From NCBI RefSeq assembly GCF_009914755.1, contig NC_060935.1: 64,000 nt of DNA; one strand, 5' to 3'. The stretch's first letter is position 1, and each line of letters starts with the position of its first letter. The translations under genes and the position numbers were made by a program. A model generated the notes under the pieces. It worked only from the letters and a program-made list of their open reading frames with translations, did no database searches and had not been told where the DNA came from. Shown in pieces: positions 32,900 to 47,959 of this stretch. Origin of the DNA: the human T2T-CHM13v2.0 reference genome, Homo sapiens.

Positions 32900-35800
32900 A
32901 AAAGTTAAATTGTTACAGAATTATAAACTTGAATGCTAGAAGACTATGGATAAACAGCATTAACATTCAGAAAGAATTTTTGAGAAAACAGATATTTTTG
33001 GAAATATATAAACGTAAAATATTATTAACCTTAGATGACTTCTGAAGATGTGAAGATATCCAACAGCAAAACAAAATAAGGATTGCAATAGGACTAGAGT
33101 TCTAGCCAGGCAAACTAGGCAAGAAAAGAAATAAAACTCATCGAAATTGAAAAGGTAGAAGTAAAATTATCTTTGTTTGCAGATGACGTGACCTTATGTA
33201 TCGAAAATCCAAAGAATCCACAGGGAAGCTACTAGAACCAATAAATGAATTCAGCAAGGTGCAGGGTAAAGGTCAACACAAAAAAGATAATATTTAACAT
33301 TAAAAGAAGTCAATACATTTCAAAGGATTAAAATCATATAGAATGTTGTGTATTTTCTGACACAAAGTATGTCTTTATAATTCAAAAATTAAAAAAAGAT
33401 ATTTTAGGCTGGGCATAATGGCTCAAACTCATAATCCCACCACTTTGGGAGGCCGAGGTAAGAAGGATCACTTGAAGTCAGGAGTTAGAGACCAGCCTAG
33501 GCAACAAAGTGAGAACCTGTCTCTACAAAACAACAAAGAAGATATTTAAATATCATCATATGTATAAATTGAGGAATAAATGTCTTAATAATCAATGATC
33601 AAAAAGTCATAACAATAATCAGAAAATATCTCAAATAAAAATGATTACAAAAAGGCCACAGTTCCAAACCTGTTAGATGTAATTAAAACAGCATATAGAA
33701 AGAGATTTATAGAATGAAATGTATTAGAAAAGAGGAAAGCTTGAAAAGTATACACTAACAAACCATTTCAAGAAATTTGTAGAGCGAAATAGATTCAAAG
33801 AAAAAAGAAGCAAAAAATAAAATAAAAATAGCATAGATTTTAATATTTCTGAAAACAAATCACAAAGCTCAACAAAGCCAACTGTGATTCTTTGAATATC
33901 AGAAATGAAAAAGAGGCATCAGGTTAGGCAGATAATAAATAACTTTAATAAACAGATTTACTTATTTATTAAATAATTAAGGACATAAAGAACAATTATA
34001 TGCCAATTTATCTGAAATGTTAGAAGATATTGACAAATGCTTGGAAGTACGTCACTCACCAAAAGTAATTATGGAATCATTATTTTAAAACTGTAGTTTT
34101 ATAACAATAAAATAATTATCAAAAACCTTCTATAAACCAAATTCAAGGCCCAGTTTGCTTCATGTAGTATTTCTACAAGACATTTAAGAGGAAAATAATT
34201 TCAGTCTAAAACTCTTCAAGAAAATTGTAAAAGAAATAATTACCAACTTACTTCATGAAGCTAGGTTAATCTCAATAACCTTCTAAGAGAAGGAAATGAC
34301 AGGCCATTTTCACCAATGAATACAGATGTAAAAGTTTTAAGCAAAATAAAAAACAATACTGAAATATATAAATAATAATACTTTATAATATGGTTTGCAT
34401 CAATAATGAAATTTGGACTAGATATTAGAAAAAGTTATTACAGTATCCTTTTTTTCTTTGAGACAGAGCCTCACTCTGTCACCCAGGCTGGAGTGCAGTG
34501 AGATGATCAGGCTCACCGTAGCCTCAACTTTCTAGGCTCAAGCAATCTTCCTGCTTCAGCCCCCCAAGTAGCTGGGACTACAGGCATACACCACCATGCC
34601 CGGCTAATGTTTTTGAATTTTTAGTAGAGATAAGGTTTCACTATATTGCCCAGGTTGGTCTCGAACTCCTGAGTTCCAGTGATTCTCCTGGCTTGGTGTG
34701 CCAAAATGCTGGGATTACAAGGGTTAGCTACTGCGCTTGGCCTTATCACAGTATTTTACCAAAATACCAGATTAATGGATAATATAGTAATCTCAGTAGA
34801 TGCAGTAAACATAGTTGATAAAATACATCAGCTGACGATGATAAAAATGAGCAAACAATACAAAGAAACATCTTTAATTTGGGAAAGTTTAAAATACCCT
34901 ATATCAAACATCATGCTTTTACAGGGTAAAATGCTGATACCTTTCTCTCTGATAAGAAATAAAATAAAGGTACCCATGATTACTATTTTTATTAAAGTCT
35001 TTGTTGGTGGTTCTAGATACAGTATATACAGCAACACTAAGGAATAAAAGATAATATAGAAAGAAACTCATTCACAGGTGAATCATTATGTATATAGAAA
35101 ATACAAAAGAATTTACAGATAAGTTATTCGTTAACGATCAATTAAGAAACTCATTACAGGTGAATAATTATATATATAGAAAATACAGAAGATTTACAGA
35201 TAAGTTATTAAAGTTAACAATCAATTTACAAAAAGCAACTGGAATTTGCTGAACCAGCAACAGTAAGTGAATAGAAAAAATGATAATAGGATGAGAATAT
35301 CTGATACTTAGAAGTAAATCTAAGAAAACACATACAAAAACTATAGGAAATTATAAAAATTTACCCTGAGAGATTAACAAAGATCAAAATAAATAGAGAA
35401 TATGTTCATTGATTGTTAGACTCATGGATTTTAGATTGATTCTAATCTCCTAAAAATCACAACTTTTTAAAAATTGAAATTTGGCAAGCTGGTTTTAAAA
35501 TTTACATGGGATAGCAATTGGTCAAATACAGTCAAATACTGTCAAACAGAGAAAATGAAGGAGGATTTCATGTATCATATATAGAGATGAAGTACAAATT
35601 GATAATCAAGATAATGTGTTATTGGCATAAGAATATACAAAAAAACCCATGAGTAAAATATAAAATCTAGAAATAAATATACACATATATAGACTCTTGA
35701 TTTATGATGAACAGACTGCAGAGAGGTAGATAATGAGAGACTTTTTAAAAACGGGACTGAAATATCTGGACATTCATTTGAATATACATATGGTCATTTA

Positions 35801-35980
35801 CCTTGCCCTATTCAGAAAAATTAATTCCAAGTGTATTAAGAATGTAAATATAAAGAGCTTAATTGTAAAAAAACTTTCAGAAGAGAATAGAGGAAAATTT
35901 CTTCATGATTTTGGTGTAAGAAGGACTTATTAAAGAAAACACAAAAAGCACTAACCATAAAGAAAAATAAAATATACGTT
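32900..35980 (+). mobile_element. Ancient L1M ORF2 remnants with an Alu monomer (about 33407-33540) and an AluJ (34449-34742)
   Basis: A-rich degenerate L1 ORF2 text, including LFADD-like TTGTTTGCAGATGAC. Confidence 0.7.
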
Positions 35981-36111
35981 AGCCTAAAATGTCAATAGTG
36001 ATGAGTTTAAGAAACTGTGCTCTAGGTACTTAATACAGGTAGAGATTAATCCTTGATTAGGTTCCATTCTGTACTGTGGAAGTAGCACTTGAGTATAATA
36101 CAAATATTTAG

Positions 36112-36579
<468 letters not shown>

Positions 36580-37240
36580 TAGAAAATGAGACAATCTATG
36601 TAACATGTTATGTAATTTCTACAGCTAATTCATTAAACTCTTGCTTCTGAGATGGAGCTTTTATAATGAATAGTTTCTGCCAAAATATTGAGCCAGGTCA
36701 AATTATTATCCTTATCCATAATCCCTCACTCTGCCAGGATTTTACCTTCCTAGGTTTTACTGGACAAAAATTTTCTCATGAACTTTTCTTCAGCAACCTG
36801 GAGACATACACATTCATGACAAAATACTTTGGGAAAGCAAAATTAAAGCAGATTGGGGTTTTCAAAGCTGAAACCACAGGTTTGTGAATTTGTTTTCCTG
36901 AATCAGGGCCTCCTGGTGCTTGTTGGAAGGACACATTAACGGGCTCACTGGGTCAGAACCATTGGCTGTGAGGCCAGGGAATCACAAGATCCTAGAGTGG
37001 TTAATTTGATTGGTAAACAATATTATCAATCAAATCATAAACGAGTCTTCTGTATTATCCCCTTGAAGCTCCTCAAATCATCCTGCAAAGCCCTGCTCTT
37101 AACATTCCAACAGACACATATCAAATATTATATAAGTCACCATTTCAGCCTCACCATGTGCTTGGGGTAGAGAGTACATCCTAGAATCCCCCTTGTTCAC
37201 ATTTTCCCACAGGTTTTCTGAATTATGATTATAATGACTT

Positions 37241-37346
37241 CAGCTGTAAGGAGGAAAAGCCAATGAGGTGCTGAGTGCTTCTCGGTGCTCTCCAGAATGA
37301 TGAACATTACCCACAGCTGAAGAGGCAAGAGGTTTATAAACACCTG
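37241..37346 (+). promoter_or_regulatory. Promoter of the unnamed OOSP4A paralogue: CAGCTG (37241, 37314), TATAAA (37335), CACCTG (37341)
   Basis: CCCACAGCTGA-AGAGGCAAGAGGTTTATAAACACCTG is nearly identical to the OOSP4A promoter core. Confidence 0.75.
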
Positions 37347-37390
37347 CAGAGACCTACTTCCTGTGATTCCTTGGTTTAAGATCTGTGGCA

Positions 37391-37457
37391 ATGAAGATCT
37401 CTGGAGTTTTAGGAGGGCTCCTCATACTTTTTGCCTCGACTCATGCTCTTGAAAATA
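37391..37457 (+). CDS. Unnamed OOSP4A-like gene, exon 1 (signal peptide MKISGVLGGLLILFASTHALEN)
   Basis: 67 nt, phase 1, GTAAGA donor at 37458, exactly as in OOSP4A exon 1. Confidence 0.8.
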
Positions 37458-38099
37458 GTAAGAAAAAACAGAAGATTCTGGAGGGTGGCATATTAAGCAG
37501 TGGGGTGCTTTGCTACGTACTTTTGACTTTGGGGTTTCATAATCTGATGATCATCTGCTAATATCTACTGGCTGTTTTCACTCAGTTTATTCATGCATCT
37601 GTACTACTGTAATTTCCCCTTGAATCCATAATTAGATGGATTATATTTTTTCTTAATCTGCAGACTTTCTGGGGTTATTTTCTTTTGTCTTAGACATGCT
37701 TGTCACTTTGTAGTGTCTGAAATATTCACAGTGAATTGATAATCAGGAGATTCTGCTCAGTGTCTAGAGTGAAGATTGTTTAGGTGTTCATGCCTTTGGC
37801 CATGTGGCTTAGAGTTTGGACAAAGTGGTCAGCTGCTTTCATTTGTAAATGATTCCTTTTCAGAGCACACTTTCAAATGGCATATCAAACTAATATTAAC
37901 TGGGTCAAATGACATGCGTCAATTTTTTTTTTTTAATATCAAAGCAGCTGATACATTGTTCCAAGTGAGTATAATAGATAGTGAAACTTCCATTTCGGGT
38001 TTGGAAAAATTTCAAAGATGTATTCCTGGGGCCCTTTCCTACGTAAAAATTGAATAAACTCTAAATGACCTGTGGGGAATTTGGCCTATAGCTTCATTG

Positions 38100-40330
38100 T
38101 AACCAACGCACATGATTTAAATCTCCCAGACTTTCAGCCATCTTGTGTCCTAATGAAAGGTTAACATTTCCTCTTCCTAAGAAACTATATCATCCTGGAA
38201 CTCTGTGTCATTGCATAGACATGATCTATACATCTCTGGCCTTATTGATCCCACTTCCTCTTCCAGTTACTGCCTCAGTTTTCTTCTCTTTAAAGTTACT
38301 GTATTCACTCTCTCCTATTTCTCTCTCTTTTTTTAAAAAAATTTAACTTTAATGAGTCATTCACCAAAAACACTCCATCAAAAGTTTGCCTGAAACATTG
38401 GTGATTTCTACATTAAAACATTTGACAGTTGCTCTGTTGTCAGCCCTCACTTACTTGATTTTTGTCGTAGCCCATGGGATGGATTATTCGTCTCCTAAAA
38501 ACTTGCTTTACTTGGCTTGTAGGTCATACTGTTCTCTTCTCTTTTGTCCTGCCTTGCTGACATTTCTTTTCTTTCGTTTTCTAGTGTCTCCTTCATTGCT
38601 TGATCTTGGTCATACAAGAATCAATCTCAGAAACTCTTTCTTATTCTATTTTTGTTGTTGTTGTTGTTTTATCCTATCCAGTGCCATGATATCACATATC
38701 CTTTTTACATTCATAATTATCTCACGTTTAATCCCCAGTCTGAGTATTCTTTTTTAACTTCAGATGCATATTTCCCACTGTCTGTTTGAATATCTAATGG
38801 CATTTCAGACTTAACCTTTCCAAACTGAACTTCTGCTATTAACTGCCACTTTTGTTTCTCCCACATTATCCCTCATATCAGCCTATGGTGACTATGTTGG
38901 GAAAAAATAACTAAAAACAAAATCTTCTCCCAGCCAAGGAAAACACTCCACAGTGGTAGAAGAGAAATAAAACTGTTCTATTATTGAATAAGAATGTGAT
39001 AGACATCACAGTCAATCTGCTAAGAGATTGCAAAGAAAGAAAATCTCACTCTTTCATATAGCTATGCAGATAGAATTCCCTATATGTGTTCTCAAGTTAA
39101 AAAATTAGTCCTTAGGAAAGAGGACTTGACTTGATGGTACCATTTGTCACATGTAACTTGTCCTATCTTTTACCTGGTAATGGACATAACTTCTTTTAGG
39201 TAATTGGCTTTATCTACAAAAAAAACTTCATATCTTTATGATAGGACATAGTTCTGCAAATTAGAACGAGGCATCTACAGGAGTTAGGCTGTCATTCTCT
39301 CCTAGAAACTGAGATAGGAACACCTTCTTCCTTGATGTTTACATTCCAAAGAGATGGCCCCCAGGTCATTGAGAAAGACAATCTCAGGTCTTAAAGCTGA
39401 CAAAAGGTCAATTAATTCTTCAAATGGCTGTATATACATTTTTTTTTAAAAAAAGAGGAGAAAGTACTTACAAGTTTTCTGAGGTAAATGCTCTAAGCAA
39501 AAGGAGAGGAGGGAAAGCTTTCCTTAATTTTAATGGGAAGAATTAAGCCTCTTGTCTTCAATTTGTATTTACAACTGCACCTTACAGGTTGCTAAAGCTG
39601 AAAACTGTGATGCTATCCTGGCTACCTTTTTCTCTTACTGTATACATCAGCAAACCATTGATTCTACCTTCAAAATATTTGAAGAACTGGACCATTTCTG
39701 ATAAACTCTAATGTTATTATGCTGTCCAAACCGTTAAGTATCTTTGGCTTGAATTATTGCACTGTCCTTGTAACTTGTTTTATGTGTCACCCCATCCCCT
39801 TAAATTATGTTTTCCACATAGCAAACAGAGAGCTCTCAACAAAATGTAAGCAGGAATGCATCATTCATCTGGTCAAAATCTTCCAATGGCTTTTCATCCC
39901 CCGAGGGTCAAGTGCCTGTTGAATGGCCTCCAGGAATTTGTTCCTTGATAGTTCTCTGATCTCATGGCCTGTTTCTTCCCCACTTGCTGTCTCTTTTTCC
40001 GCAATATTGGACTCTTCACTGCCCAGGTTCTCCAGGCAAACTCTCGTGCCTGTCATTTGTATTTTCTCTTCTCATTGCCTGGGATGTTCTTCCCTTAGTT
40101 ATTTGCATAGCTCTTCTACTCATCTTCTGGAGGACTTTGTTCAAATGTGTCCTTATTGAGACCTTCTCAGATCATTGTATTTAAAATTTCAACTCTCTCC
40201 TCATTTTGTGTCCCTTTCATGTCTTATTTTTCCTCAAAATTGTTACTATCTAAAATAGTTCTTTAGTTTCTCTTACCCAACCATTAGAATAGAAGCTCAA
40301 TGGGCAATAGAGCTTGCTTGATATATCCAT
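38100..40330. mobile_element. L2 fragments interrupted by an LTR-like segment (about 38895-39575)
   Basis: Pyrimidine-rich L2-like text; approximate. Confidence 0.55.
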
Positions 40331-40789
40331 ATTTTAATGTCCTCTAATTTTTCCATTATCACTTCACATAATGGATGGGGGTTGGGATGGAAAATCAAGC
40401 ACTTGGAGAATTTTGGACAATCTTGGGATAACTGAGAAGGAGCAATAATAATACCTTTTGTGGTGTCAGTACTATACCGTCTTTCATCTGAATGCCGTCG
40501 TTAGAACGCTCCTTCATCCCTGTTAACTAAACCTGTTGCCTCTTCTATCTGTAGTGCAAGAAACAGAAAAATACTTGACAGCGTGAGTCAGCAGAGACTC
40601 AAGACAGGGGTAAATAAAGAGGAAAGAAGAGAGAACAGTGTCTAGATAACTAGACTATTTCAGGCTAAATATAGTTGTATTTGAATATATGATATAATGA
40701 TGGCACATATTCAAAAACATATTCAAAATATATCACTCATCATATATTCAAATACAATGCTTATGACAAAACATGAGATTTAAAAAATT

Positions 40790-40975
40790 GTTTAAAATGG
40801 TGGTTGTCAAACTGTTGCATGTCTCACCTGGAAAGCTTGTTAGGACAGATTGCTGGGGCCCAACCTGGTGTCTGACACAGGTCTGAGTAGAGCTTAGGAA
40901 TTTGTATTTCTAAGAAGTTCCTTAGGATGTCAACTCTATTGGTACAAGGATTAAACTTTGAGAACCACTGATTCA
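40790..40975. mobile_element. MER5A-like
   Basis: GGAATTTGTATTTCTAAGAAGTTCC...ACTTTGAGAACCACTG. Confidence 0.75.
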
Positions 40976-41179
40976 CAGTGTGGCCTCTTTGTTTCAAGAA
41001 ATTCAAATTAGTACAAAGTTATCTTAGTGAAACCTAGGTGGTAGGAGATACAAGTAAGCAAGTACATTTCAAAGGTCACATTGGGTGGGAAGAGAACAAA
41101 GTAAAATGTAAAGGAATTTTAAAAGTGTTATAGAATGGGGATGGAAGCAGTGAGAAAAGTTTCCTTGATTCCCTCTGGG

Positions 41180-41577
<398 letters not shown>

Positions 41578-42623
41578 GGTTGATAAAGGAAGCAATCACA
41601 GGTATATTCTTCTGATTAACAAGTTCCATAGGATTTAAAATATTTTTTAGTAAATTTTTCTTTGATCCAAAGTATTATGTTACTTTATTTTTAACATTAT
41701 TGGACAATGGCCAAATTGGCCTATACAACTTAGTAATAGTTGATTAAGGCATTTTTTGTGATCACGCCTATGTCTAAACTTTATAACTGTTCTATACCCA
41801 TAAATAGGGATATTCTCATGTGGCTGTAGTAATATACCTGTGATTGCTTCCATTATGAAACAGGACAAGTCTCTTACTAGAATAAGAAATGATAGCTAAG
41901 CCTCATGTCTAGTTTATTTTTAAACTGTCATATAGCCTTAATAATACTATATCATCTTACAGATTAGGAAACAGAATTAACCTGATATAAAATGTGAGTG
42001 TGGATAAAACTTTCTTTACTAGAAGTATTATAAGTCATACTAATCATCAAATCAATATAACCTTGGCAAATTGCAGAACTGTGAATATGCATACATAAGA
42101 TCATATTAAACAATGAAATACTGTTTGAAAATGTAAAGAGACTATATAATTGTTTTGAAGTAGGCAACGTAAGCGTCCTGTTTCATGTTATAAATGCTCT
42201 AACAGATCATTTCTGACAAGAAAGGTGGGTATTCATTAGCTTCACTTTGGACAATGTATACATGTTGGAGAACAAGTTTAGCATATAAAAAGCCTTCTGT
42301 TATCAGATAAGGGGCAAACTTTCTCATTAGTAATATCAATAATTTAATATACCCTAGGTCCTATATTGGAGCCTTTGTAATTTAACACTCAGTGAGTCCC
42401 AGGAAGGAGCTCCTATGACTTCCTCACATTCTAATGAGGAAATTAAGCCATGAAAAGATTAAGTAAATCATCCAAGATCTCAGTAGAAAATATAAAAATA
42501 GAACCAAGGCATTTCTACTCTAGAGCTGGGCATTCAGATTGACTAAGAGGTTTAATGTTTTCTGAACTATTGGTTAGAGACAGACATGCTATCTGACATT
42601 TTCTCTTCTCTTTCTTCCATCAG

Positions 42624-42802
42624 TGTTTGTAGAGTGTACTGAATCTTGGCTTCTGGTTGAAATTAGAGGAGCACCTCTTGTGGAAAACCTGCAACCTAAG
42701 CATAATGAGCTGTCTCTAGGAAATGGGTGTCCTGTAACCAGGATGACGAATGATATCTTTGAGTTCACTTATGCTCTTGAGTTTTCTGGCATCATGAAAT
42801 AT
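42624..42802 (+). CDS. Unnamed OOSP4A-like gene, exon 2 (MFVECTESWLLVEIRGAPLVENLQPKHNELSLGNGCPVTRMTNDIFEFTYALEFSGIMKY)
   Basis: 179 nt, CAG acceptor, GTAAGA donor; 30 of 60 residues identical to OOSP4A exon 2 by hand alignment, with no indels. Confidence 0.85.
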
Positions 42803-44819
42803 GTAAGAGTGGCTGGTATTTTTACAAATGGCAGTCTTCTCTAGGATTCACATTCACTTATTAACACTGTGTTTTTTAATTGATAGTTGATCTTATATAA
42901 TGTAATATTGACTACTCTCTAACTTTTTGGACAATTTTATAGTAGAAGAAATGTGAGACAAAATGTGGGATTTAAAGAAAACATGTGTTTCTTTTACCAG
43001 CTTTTTGCTACACATCTCCCCTGCTTTGATGGAGAGATTTTATATTAACTGGGATAAAATCAAACTTAAAGGAAACATCTTATTTAAAATAACACTACAA
43101 TCCTTCACCTAGTTGTTGGTGTTGATGAAAATATCCGACTAAAATAGGAGCTACCTGGTTAGGTAACTGCTGTGTAACTAAGACAACCAACCCAGTTCTC
43201 TTTTCTGAAACCAAAACACTTGAAATTCTATTAACTATCCTGAATAAAATGGATCATTAGAGAGAGAGCCAATAGAAAATGAGAGAAATAACACTTAAGT
43301 AATCATGTGTCAATTACTGCTAAGGAGCATGTTAGAAGCTTCAGTTCTTTGATCATCATTGCAGCCAGTGCATATTTTACTTATTTAACAAACAAATAGT
43401 ATGTGTTATGTACCAGGTAATTTACTTACCTAACTCTCACAGTAACACCCTTGGCTAAATAGTATTATCTCCATTTTTAAAGCAGACATTAGGAATAGAG
43501 TGAGCAAGTAATTTGCCAAGTGTCACACAGAAAGTAGAGTAGCTGGGACTTGAACTGGACATTCGTACCCTTAACCCATTCAAGTCTGATGCCTCACATC
43601 TCTTGATTTTGCTTTATCTTCCTGCTGTATTTGGAATGGCAGCTTGGTTTTCCTTTTTGGACTCGCATCTGCCCCACTTTCAATATATCTGATTTATCTG
43701 TACCAATTCTGCCTCTGTCTCCAGGTACATGACCACACCCTTTCTTACTGATGCATCCCCAATACCTAGAACAATGCCCAGCATGTGAGCACTATACAAC
43801 TGCTATTTAGATAAAATATAGGCACTCAGTTAATATTTGTGAAATAAATGAAAAAGTCATGCCAATTGTCGGGTTAGATAATTGTTGCAGGTCAAGTGGA
43901 ATTACACTAAGAACTTTTCAGAGATTTCTAGGGACGTAGTTTACTCTTTTTCACTGGGATTATAAATAGATAATCTTGAAGCAAGTAAGTGCTGAGATTT
44001 CTATTTGTCACCCCTGAGGAGAGACCTTGCCTGAAAAAGAGGCTAACATGGGATGAAAAAGATAGGAGTTTGTGGAGGGCAGTGGAGGTAGGGCAGAGAG
44101 ACAGGTATTTGACAACGTGGTTGGAATTCTATTATCCAGCTATTCCTAAAGCAAGATTACCTTGGGACTCCTCAGGAACATTGATCAATTTGTGCTAAAT
44201 TTAGATTACTTTGAATGTCTCTTATGTGTGGTAAATACTGTCCTGGATAATGCTCAACCCTACACACTCTCACTACAGTCATTTTATAGATTGAAAATCT
44301 TGGGGTTAGTTATTCCTTATTGTTACATAAACAGGAAATGCCAAAAGTGATATTTGAACTTTAGCAATCTGAAGTACTAGCAAACATCCTTGAATACCAT
44401 GTTTTTAACATATACAATGTGTATTTAAAGTTGAAACATATCCAAATATTGACTATGACTGCATGAAAGAGTTGAATTATCTCCGTTTGACACTGGCATT
44501 TTCCAATTCTATAACATGAATATTTAAATTATAGTATATGAGATGCACATATATTTGCTTGTACTTTCCATGTTATCTACTACTATGGAGGTATGCTTAT
44601 ATATACTTCTATTGTTTTTCTTTAGAGATACTTCTATTTGTTATTTATGTTGTAGGTACTGTGATTTCTCATTCACAAATAATAGCTCATATCTGGGATT
44701 GGCAGTTATGGCCAGTGGATTAAATTCAGCTAGGCATCTATGTTTATAAGTTTTATTGGAGCATGGGTACATTCATTTAGATATTGACAGTTCATATGCT
44801 ACATTGGCAGAATTGAGTA

Positions 44820-47155
44820 CAGGCATACCTCAGATATATTCTGATTTTGGTTCCAGACCACCAAAATAAAGTGAGTTACACAAATTTCTTACAATTTTAC
44901 GGTGCACATATGTATTGACTACGCTGCAGATTATTAAGTGTGTAATAGCATTATGTCTAAAAAGATATTAATTTTAATTTAAAAATGCTGTACTTTGTTG
45001 CTAAAAATACAAAAGATCATCTGAACCTTCAGCAGTCATAATGTTTGCAGGTGGAAGTTCTTGTCTCAGTAATGATGGCTGCTGATTGATTAGAGTGGTG
45101 GTTGCTGAAGGTTGGGGTGGCTGTGGAAATTTCTTGAATTAGACAATAATGAAATGTACTGTATTGATTGACTCTTCCTTTCATGAAAGATTTCTCTGTA
45201 CCATGTGATGCTGTTTGACAGTATTTTACCCAAAGTAGAGCTTTCAAAATTGGAGTCAATCCTTTCACATCCTGCCACTGCTTGATCAACTAAGTTTATG
45301 GAATATTCTAAATCCTTTGTCATTTCAACAGTGTTTATGACATCTTCATTAGGAGTGGATTTCCTCTAAAGAAAACACTTTTTTTTCCTCATCCATAAGA
45401 AGCAACTTCTCATCTATTACATTTTTATCATGAGGTTGTAGCAATTCAGTCACATCTTCAGGCTTTATTTTTAACTTGAGTTCTCTTGGTATTTCTACCA
45501 TACCTGCAGTTACTTTCTCCACTGAAGAAAGTAGTGGAAGTCTTGAAGCCCTTAAAGTCATCCACAAGGGTTGGAATTAACTTATCCCAAACTTCTGCTA
45601 ATGTTGACATTTTGACCTTCTCTGATAAATTATAAATGTTCTTAATGGCCTCTAGAATGGTAAATCATTTACAGAAATTTTTAAATTTACTGTGCCCAGA
45701 TCCATCAGAGGAAACACTATCTATGGCAGCTATAGCCTTACAAAATGTATTTCTGAAAAGACTTGAAAGCTAAAATTACTCCTTGATCCATGGACTGCAG
45801 AATGGATGTGGTGTTAGTAGGCATGAAAACAACATTAATCTCCTTGTACATCTTTATCAGAGCTCTTGATTGACTAGATGTGTTGTCAATGAATAGTAAC
45901 ATTTTGAAAGAAATCTTGTTTTCTGAATAGTAGCTCTCAACAGTGGGCTTAAAATGTTCTGTAAACCATGCTGTAAACAGATGTGCTGTTATCTAGGGTT
46001 TGTGGTTTTATTTATAGGGAATAAGCAGAATAGATTTGGCATAATTCTTAAGGGCCATAGGAGTTTTGGGAAGGGTAAATGTGCTTTGGTTTCAACTTAA
46101 AATTACCAGCTGCATTAGCCCCTAACAGTCAGCCTGTCCTTTGCAGCTTTGAAGGCAGGCATTGACTTCTCAATAGCTGTGGAAGTCCAAATGACATCTT
46201 CTTCCAATATAAGGGTTTTTCATCTGCGTTGAAAATCTATTTAGTGTAGCCACCTTCATCAGTAATCTTAGCTACATTTTCTGGATAACTTGCTGCAGCT
46301 TCTCAATTAGCACTTGCAACTTCACCTTGTGCTTTTATGGAGATGACTTCTTCCTTAAAGCTCATGAACCAACCTCTGCTAGCTTCAAGCTTCACTTCTG
46401 CAGCTTTCTCACCTCTCGGTCTTTATAGAGTTGAGAAGAGTTAGAGCCTTGCTCTGAATTAGGCTCTGGCATGAGGGATGTTATGGCTGGTTTGATCCAG
46501 ACCACTAAAACTTTCTCTATATCAGAAATAAGGCTGTTTTGCTTTCTTGTCATTTGGGTGTTCACTGGAGTAGCACTTTTAATTTCCTTCAATAACTTTT
46601 CCTTTCATCCAAAACTTGACCGTCGGGCACAAGAGGCCTAGCTTTTGTCTTTTCTTGGCTTTTGACATGCCTTCCTCACTAAGCTTAACCATTTTTGGCT
46701 TTTGATTCAAAGTAAGAGATATGTAACTCTTCCTTTCCTGTGAACGTTTAGAGGCCATTGTAGGATTATTAACATCTTAACATTTTTGTCTCAGAGAATA
46801 GAGAGGCCTGAGAAGAGGAAGAGAGACAAGAATGGCTGGTCAGTGGAACAGTAGGAATATATACAACATTTATTAAGTGTGCTGTCTTTATGAACATGGT
46901 TCCTGGTGCTCCAAAACAACTACAATAGTAACATTAAAGATCACTGATCACAAACCACAACAGATACAATAATGAAAAACTAGAAATACTGTGAAATGAT
47001 CAAAATATGACACGGAGGCATGAAGTGAGCACATGCTGTTGGAAAAATGGTACTCAACTTTCTCAATGCAGGATTGCTACATGTCTTTAGTTTGTAGAAA
47101 ATGTGTTATCTGTGAAGCATGATAGAGTGAAATGCAATAAAATGAGGTATGTCTG
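44820..47155 (-). mobile_element. Near full-length Tigger1 DNA transposon inserted in a MER58-like element
   Basis: TIRs CAGGCATACCTC and GAGGTATGTCTG with TA on both sides; broken transposase ORFs on the - strand (45029-45567, 46392-46592). Confidence 0.92.
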
Positions 47156-47595
47156 TATTTTCAAGAGAGCTAGTACAGTCTGCAAAGACTGAAATATTCT
47201 CTGGCCAGTTTGACAACCCCTGAGCTATATTATCTCCATTTTATGAGTGGGGAAGGTAGAACCTGCTCTGAAATAATGAAACATTTAGTGAAAATTCATA
47301 CTCAGAGTAAGTTGCAGAGCCTGTCCTATAATACAGGTCTGCCAAAATCAGGCCCCTACACTTAAACAAATGTGATCAGGAGTTGTCTACACATTGACAG
47401 ACAACAAAATGTCTGGACATAATGTCAGGAGCTATTACTTGGGTGTTTTCTAAACATAAACATTTTATTACTTAGCTCTGTTGTCCTTTGACTTAATATA
47501 AAATAAAAATTTCTATTATTTTAAAAACTTTAACTCTTATTTTTGAACTGTTAGATTTAAGTAAAACAAGTTCATACTTTTTTTATTCTCTTGAG

Positions 47596-47693
47596 GAATG
47601 CCCATGGGGCATTCTTGTTGAGAGTTTCGTCAAATATCAACCAGCGTTTTTGAATTTCAGAACTTACATCCCAGTAAGATGCGCCCTTGAAAG
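47596..47693 (+). CDS. Unnamed OOSP4A-like gene, exon 3 (ECPWGILVESFVKYQPAFLNFRTYIPVRCALER)
   Basis: 98 nt, GAG acceptor (atypical), GTAAGT donor; GIL-ES and IPV-C motifs shared with OOSP4A. Confidence 0.8.
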
Positions 47694-47959
47694 GTAAGTC
47701 TAGCTGGCTACAGAGATTAAGGTTCTCTAACATTTGCTTGGTTGCCAGGTGTTTCCGATGAGACTAAAGATGTTAGAAAATATGCTGAGGTCCAGCCCTT
47801 AGACCTGTCTGACTGATGGACAGTGTTCTGTTCTTTTATATGAGTAGATATGTCATATAATATATGAATGTTTATATATAAAGCTGACTGTCTCAATGTA
47901 TTTTATTAATAAAATGAACCTATTTGTTTCTCTGGTAGCTGACACTATTGTGGTTTTTA

